DNA of 39,926 nucleotides from Rotaria magnacalcarata (Eukaryota): NCBI GenBank assembly GCA_965140935.1, contig CBCSLL010001219.1, positions 1 to 39,926 of the forward strand, read 5' to 3'. Shown piece by piece: positions 33,958 to 39,926 of this stretch (position 1 is its first letter; each line of letters starts with the position of its first letter). The notes under the pieces were generated by a model. It saw only the letters and a program-made list of their open reading frames with translations, ran no database searches and was not told where the DNA came from. The position numbers and the translations under genes were made by a program.

Positions 33958-34578
33958 ATGTCCTCACAGTGCATCCACATGACGTTGATGTTATTGTTCT
34001 CTATTGTTTTTATCTCCGCCGCCAGAAAGATTAATCACTCAGATCCTAGTATGGATATTTCGGCCTTTATTCCGCCCGACATTGATGCCAACGGGCAGGA
34101 AGAAGACCAACGAGCCGATCCGAGTTTAGGAACGGCAATTGTCAACACACAAATACTAACGATATTCAATTACAAAGGAAATCAAGTGTACGTCTATGGT
34201 GCCCTGTCTAATGAAAATGAAAATAAGCTGACACCTCAGAAGTGGATTTTCTATTTCGTCCCGATAATGATGCCAGTGCAAATGGCAGATGATCCTAATG
34301 GCAGCTGGGTTATTAGTGTGAGGAACGAGGTAAGAGCAAAGCTGATGTTAAGCAACACAGATGTTGAAGTGCTAGCACTAAAAGCCATTGAGAAAAAATA
34401 TGCTCCAGATGAATTTCAATATTCAAAATTCTGGACAGTTGCACCGTTGATGATCGACTCCATCAAAGCTTACGTCGTGAAAGGTGGCAATTCGCCCGTC
34501 GAAGGCGTCTACAGTAATCCGATTACGCATCCAAACGGACAGGAAATAATATTTCGGTTTGTCACCTTTCATATATGA
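33958..34578 (+). CDS. intronless ORF for a 206-aa predicted secreted protein, family unknown
   Basis: Hydrophobic N-terminus MTLMLLFSIVFISAARK suggests a signal peptide; balanced composition; no internal stops. I recognise no family. It lies between the telomere-like hairpins at 33084-33130 and 34665-34740. Confidence 0.45.
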   Translation: MSSQCIHMTLMLLFSIVFISAARKINHSDPSMDISAFIPPDIDANGQEEDQRADPSLGTAIVNTQILTIFNYKGNQVYVYGALSNENENKLTPQKWIFYFVPIMMPVQMADDPNGSWVISVRNEVRAKLMLSNTDVEVLALKAIEKKYAPDEFQYSKFWTVAPLMIDSIKAYVVKGGNSPVEGVYSNPITHPNGQEIIFRFVTFHI

Positions 34579-34664
34579 TGTCATAAAATTTGTGACGATG
34601 GAAGGTGCACGGATCCACCAAAATAATACTATTGGTATTGTTACAGCGTATGTGGACCCTTTTT

Positions 34665-34740
34665 GGTGTGGGTGTGGGTGTGGATGAGTGTAGGTGTAAC
34701 TCCTATCTTCGCCAGACCCACACCCACATCCACACCACCA
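34665..34740. repeat. telomere-repeat-like hairpin, the best-preserved copy
   Basis: ggtgtgggtgtgggtgtggatgagtgtaggtg - 16-nt spacer - gacccacacccacatccacaccacc. Three consecutive TGTGGG-type units face three CCCACA-type units. Confidence 0.8.
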
Positions 34741-36699
34741 TCTTATTTTAAGGCATGTTGGTTACATGATTAATTTAGGTTAAGAACAGATTTGGTCAGT
34801 AAATCAGTTTTTAACGTTTTTCTCACCACCATGCTTAACCAACTGGAGGTATTCGAGTTTCACTCGAATACGAAATGCGGTGCGAAGCCCGCAACCAGAT
34901 TTCCTCGAGAGTTGGTAAAATGGCAGGATCGCTCTACACTGACAAAATTACAAAGTTGCTAAAAAGTTCAGGTATTCTATTGGACATTGCTATCAACCTT
35001 GGCAATGGCAGGTTTGTCTGAAGTTCACATCTTTACTTGTTGATAGGAATGAGGATCAGCGTTTTATTGATCAACTTGTTGCATTTTCAAATAACCATAA
35101 AGCGGTTATCGTAAGAATTCATTATTAAGAGAAGTTTATCCATTCGTATACATAGTATGTAAGAAGAGGCCTATTTCGATATAACGCTTATTTACCTGTT
35201 TGACTTCTCATTCATAATCGGATAGATCCACAGGTTGTGAAAAAAGTTATCTTATGGATGGATTTCACTATTGTTCCCAATAGAGCTATCTTTAATAATA
35301 ACTGCGACGCAGTTCTTTATAATCTCATTGTTCGCATGCATTGTTTGGAAAATGATAGAAAAACAATCATGAAGTCTTGAAACGCTCGTAGTTTTTTTAT
35401 TTGAATATTTTTTATCTGAGTTCGAAAAAGTACTTTTTAATTTCCCCTTATGATGATTATCGAGCCAGTTATGAGGACTTGCCAAGCGTGACTGAAGGAA
35501 CGAAAATGAAAAATTATTTGTTAGATTATTGTAAGGACTAATATTGTTCTGGAGTTCACTCTTTTTTGTATGAGTGCTCATTTTCCAATGTACATTTGAA
35601 AAGAATAGCAGATTAAAATTTCCAATAATTTTTCATTAGTTATAATGAACTCGTAACCATGAGAACTCTGTTATATTTATCAGTTTAATTCTTTAAAAAA
35701 GGATATTGACTGGATTTTTAAAACATCTATGGTTCACAACCCATATACAGTTGTTGAAACACTTACTATATAGTCAATAGCTCTTTCTGATGACATTATT
35801 TTTACCATCCCGAATCGTGAAAGTGAAAACGTTTATGATAAATCTTACGATCTTTTAGATAAGATTTTTTAATAGTGTCATTGGTAGATTTGAAATAAGA
35901 TGGTATTAGATCTATCTCAATAGTTCCGTTAGCGGCCGAACGAGTATTTTTTGATATTCCATCCTCAACATCAGTGAGTCATGTATTATTGATGATAAAA
36001 TAAGTATATGTCGAGAAAACACAAGAGAAAAAAATAGAAAACGACTGAGTACGAGTAATGAAGTTTAAGATTTATTCGAAATCCTTATTGCTCCTATCAT
36101 TTTCATTCTTCATAGCATTAGTTCTTTTGCCTATCTGTATGAATTACGAATAATCTGTTTAGCTTATTCATTAATGAAAATTTTGAATAAAGCCAAAGCA
36201 GGCATACTCAAATATATGACTACGAGAACTCTACTCGTGTCTATAAACAGATTTTTGAAAAACAATATCAATTAAACATTGAATTATGTGCATGATTCAT
36301 AATTTGTAATCAGGTGTTTTATACCTGTTCCGCATATTAATATAGAGAAAATGACTCCTAACTTTTTCGTTTTGTTATTTCAAATTTAAAAGAATATGTT
36401 AATTCTTTTGAAAAGCGTCATTTTGGAACGATGTTTCCTAAAGAACGGAGCTTAGTCTTAAAAAGTTTTAAAAAGATATCACACATTCGATTTTGTTACT
36501 GTAAGATCGCGTTCGATCGAATGTTTTCTGATTTATCATAATTAAGATCATCAGGTCATAAAAAAACATGCGTATTTTGTTTTAGTAAGTAAACGAAAAA
36601 GAAAACTTGTGAAGAACTGCATTAATGCTGTGCTTCGGACCGCATTAAAAAGCATACCAATAAGTTCACCATCCCATGGAAAAATATTCATCAAAATGA

Positions 36700-36975
36700 A
36701 CGTGAAAGAACGCGTTTTCGAAAAAATTGAACGTATTTTATCGACTACAAACGCGTTCTAAGAACAAATTGACGCGTTCAGACGCGTTTCTCAAAATTTT
36801 GAACGCGTTCGAACGCGTACTTGTTGGTAACCAACGCGTTTTTATCTTATAGAACGCGTTAATAGTGAAGGCGTCTTTTATCGCACGAACGCTTTCAACT
36901 TGTATGCGTTTGAACTTGTTCGCGAGTAATTCGTTCTTATAGTTAGAAAATCCGTTTCTTCAAAAACGCTTGGAA
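36700..36975. repeat. cluster A of the palindromic decamer GAACGCGTTC and close variants, at least 10 copies
   Basis: gaacgcgtttt, aaacgcgttct, gacgcgttca, gacgcgtttc, gaacgcgttcgaacgcgtac, caacgcgttttt, gaacgcgtta ... Irregular 20-45-bp spacing. CpG-containing motifs are otherwise rare in this window. Confidence 0.8.
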
Positions 36976-38038
36976 ACGTATACTGAAGAACTTGTTCAAC
37001 AACTTTCAGAACACGTTTTTTTATGTAGTGAAAAAGTGCTCATTTTAACTTAATGGAATTCATTACTTGAAATGTATTGAAATACATGTAACGAAAGTGC
37101 TATGTCAATTAAGAAATATGTGTCAACATGAATAAATTTCTTTCTGTTGCAATGCACTGAAAGGTAATGTCTTGTTAGGCAAAGTGATCATCTATCTAGG
37201 GTTTCGTCATAAATGATTTTCCGTTTTCCTAAACTAATTTGTTTTTATCAAACGAATTCGCTAATCTCATGCTTTTTTAATGTACATTCTCAAATCGTAA
37301 ATTCTTTCTTTTATTTGCAAAATAGTAATCTGGAACGTTTCAATTGATTTTAAACATTAAACAGAAATTTTGCAAAAGTTATACTAGTATCTGTCTCAAA
37401 TGTATTCATCACATTTTTATTTGCCATCGAACGCGTCGCTTATTGTTGCTCATAATAAAAATCAGAATTGTTCATCGATTTCTAATTAATTTCTATTAAA
37501 TTTAGCTTTTGTCGATTTAAATTTATAATCAATTCAACTTTTTTAAATTAACAAAAATTTTATATTTACTCAAATCGATCGTAGAATGTAAATTCAATTT
37601 AAACTAATTTAATTAGATTTAAATTCGATAAAAAGTACAGTAAATAAATTTAGATCGCATAAGAAATATTTAAGTCAAATTACATGAATTTTAATTGAAT
37701 TTGAACAACTTTGTATTGAATTTTTATTAATGTAAGCTAGATTAAAAAAATTTTATTAAATATCAAAAAAATATTAAAAAGTTAAATTTTCGATATTTTA
37801 TTTTAAAAGAAATTAAAGTTTTTTAAATTTATTTTTGAATTTATTAATTTTTTTGTAAACGTAAATCGATCAGTCTTAAGTATAATTTTCGTTAAGTCAG
37901 AATAACTTTTGTTTAATACAAATAGAAAATTTAGCACTTCAAACATACGTAAGCATAGTTCATTCGGCTATTCACTACTTCGAAACTACAAGATTATCTG
38001 GTCGAATCCACTCTACGGTAGTAAAAACAAAACGAATT

Positions 38039-38340
38039 GGAACGCGTTCAGTGCGAACACAAGTATTCGAATAGAGGAACCAACAGTATGAAAACTTATA
38101 CGAATAGCTAAGAAACATGTTCGAGACCATCACAGAGTTGAAAATACAATAAATAAATAATTTTTTTTCTTCTAAACAAGAACGCGTTCTTACCGCGAAA
38201 AACGTGTTCCTATGGAACGATCAGAACGCGTTTCTTTTATTTAAAAGAACGCGTTTTTCATTACACAAACGCGTCTGAAAAAGTCGAAAAAAGCGTCTTC
38301 ACAACGCAGTCTTTTATCTCGACAACGCGTTCTTATCCGT
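38039..38340. repeat. cluster B of GAACGCGTTC-type motifs, ~9 copies
   Basis: ggaacgcgttcag, agaacgcgttctt, agaacgcgtttc, agaacgcgttttt, aaacgcgtctg, caacgcgttctt. Separated from cluster A by a ~1.05-kb, >80% AT core (37000-38030). Confidence 0.8.
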
Positions 38341-38581
38341 TCTTTTTTTGAACTTTTTTTCCATGGGATGTTGAGTTGAACATGGTGAATTCGCAACGAT
38401 GCTCAAGTCTCCCTATACTAAGTTACAGATATCAAAAACTTTGGGTATGCCAGCTAAAATCTACCTTTCTCAGTCCAGAAACACTTTCAATAAAAATAAG
38501 AACATATTCGGAGTCAGAGAGTGGATTTAAATTGTTCCGTGTATAATACAATACGTTTTGGATGAAATTAATATCCATCGA

Positions 38582-38870
38582 AATTTTCCCAAGGGGGAAC
38601 AAGCGAACTTTGGTACTTCCGAAGTACAAAAGTACGGAAAAGTACGAAGAAGTACCAAGAAGTACCAAGAAGTACCGAAAAGTACGGAGAAGTACCGAGA
38701 AGTACCGAGAAGTACCGAAAAGTACGGAAAAGTACGAAAAAGTACGGAAAAGTACGAAAAAGTACCGAAAAAGTACCGAAAAGTACGATGAGAGCTGCAT
38801 AGGTACATGAATATGCATAGAAATTTCTTCAAATTTATTTGAAAGGAAAAAATCTAATCATAACTATCAA
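38582..38870. repeat. repeat unit copy 1, containing a 10-bp satellite array (AAGTACNRAR)n at 38621-38788 (~17 units)
   Basis: agtacggaaa agtacgaaga agtaccaaga agtaccgaaa ... Left flank ttttcccaagggggaacaagcgaactttggtacttccgaagtacaaaagtac and right flank gcatagaaatttcttcaaatttatttgaaag are shared with copy 2. Confidence 0.85.
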
Positions 38871-39143
38871 ACATTAAAAACGATTGCTATTATCTTTGCG
38901 GTTTGATTGAATGACTCGAGAGAGTCGACCATTTCACAAGCGCGTGTTTTTATCAGTTAATAACCAGCAAGCTAGTGGAGACGTAGCCATTAGGACTGGG
39001 TAGGCTCAAACTAGGACAGATAAAGGCTGGGGTAGACGCGAATTTAACATCGATTTGAGGAGATTAGATTTAAGCAAACTTCAAATAGGCACACCATGGA
39101 CTTGATAGGCTCGACAAAATATAAAAATTTTCTACTAATGCTT

Positions 39144-39372
39144 ATTTTCCAAGGGGGAACAAGCGGACTTCTGTACTTCCGAAGTACAAAAGTACAGAGA
39201 AGTACCAGAAGTACGAAGAAGTACGAAGAAGTACGAAGAAGTACCAAGAAGTACGAAAAAGTATGAAGAAGTACAAGAAGTACAGAAAAGCACGACGAGA
39301 ACTATGTAGATACACGAAGGTGCATAGAAATTTCTTCAAGTTTATTTGAAAGAAAAGATCTAATCATAAGCA
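39144..39372. repeat. repeat unit copy 2, with 10-bp satellite array at 39181-39290 (~11 units)
   Basis: Same flanks (ttttccaagggggaacaagcggacttctgtacttccgaagtacaaaagtac ... gcatagaaatttcttcaagtttatttgaaag). The array is shorter and more degenerate. Confidence 0.85.
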
Positions 39373-39377
39373 CAATA

Positions 39378-39926
39378 AATTCGGTCCCATGCTTTTTATT
39401 AACAAATGATCCATGTGAAGTTTTAAATCTTAATATAGACGACGACGCTTTAAATGTATTAAAAGGAAAAATATGTTTTCCATTATCAGATGGTTCATTT
39501 ATTGTAAAACCTGGCTTCAAAACAGGTTTCATATGTTTAAGAGATTTATTATCGAAGAAAACTGAAGAAAGATTAAAACAACTAAGAAGCACAAAAACTC
39601 AATCAACAACAGCTGCTCCAATGAACAATATACCATCGTCGTCACCATCGTCGTCACCATCATTGACACCACCACGAACAACAATTGCATCAGCACCACA
39701 AATAGCAGCTTCGCCATCATCTGATATAGTAGCGACACCAATTATGGAACATCGACGATACTTCTTGAATTTATTGAAATCATGGTGTTCGAATCACAAG
39801 GACGACTTTCTATCAGACTCATTTGATTTAAACGAAGGAAAAGATTTCATTCTAAATGTTTTATATGACCAAAATAATGATCTTAAAGTTAATGTTAAAT
39901 GTAACTGTAATAAATCAATAACATTA
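39378..39926 (+). CDS. partial CDS of unknown function, open through the window end
   Basis: 183 codons in a continuously open frame: ...NDPCEVLNLNIDDDALNVLKGKICFPLSDGSFIVKPGFKTGFICLRDLLSKKTEERLKQLRS...SSSPSSSPSLTPPRTT...MEHRRYFLNLLKSWCSNHKDDFLSDSFDLNEGKDFILNVLYDQNNDLKVNVKCNC. Protein-like composition. The other strand has only short ORFs. The start or upstream exon is not identified. Confidence 0.4.

Noticed and set aside
36700-38340. Interpretation of GAACGCGTTC as a heat-shock element
   Set aside because: HSEs have GAAnnTTC with a 2-nt spacer. Here the GAA and TTC are separated by 4 nt (CGCG), so the HSE reading does not fit. The identity of any binding factor is unknown.
38432-39339. Long ORFs on both strands (128, 101, 82, 77, 65 aa) over the 10-bp satellite arrays
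   Set aside because: They are produced by a stop-free 10-bp periodic repeat, giving 30-bp periodic low-complexity peptides. They are open in several frames on both strands, which is not how real coding sequence behaves.

Overview
This is an AT-rich eukaryotic window, not a prokaryotic one. Genes carry GT..AG introns of 48-146 nt. I see no CRISPR, operon or rRNA/tRNA features. Short interstitial stretches related to (TGTGGG)n and (CCCACA)n recur through the window. At seven or more sites they are arranged as a G-strand followed by a C-strand, forming a hairpin. This unit matches the telomeric repeat reported for bdelloid rotifers, so I infer a bdelloid-rotifer subtelomere-like accessory region; I cannot prove the organism. 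Content from left to right:
- A 1.2-kb foldback inverted repeat.
- A Tc1/mariner-superfamily element with TIRs, whose transposase is broken by two in-frame stops.
- A PIF1-type, Helitron-like helicase pseudogene.
- A minus-strand gene with an Hsp70 substrate-binding domain but no detectable ATPase domain. It appears to splice in phase into exons homologous to the C-terminal region of vault PARP (PARP4).
- A calmodulin-like gene whose 1.2-kb intron holds an ~0.8-kb TIR element.
- A multi-exon PARP4-like gene with BRCT, PARP catalytic, VIT and VWA regions.
- A GT1 UDP-glycosyltransferase with the HHGGAGT signature (sterol-glucosyltransferase or bacterial MGT type) and one intron, a candidate horizontal acquisition.
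- An orphan secreted-protein ORF bracketed by telomeric-repeat hairpins.
- Two clusters of the palindromic decamer GAACGCGTTC flanking a ~1-kb AT-rich core.
- A duplicated block carrying a 10-bp satellite.
- A partial CDS running off the 3' end.
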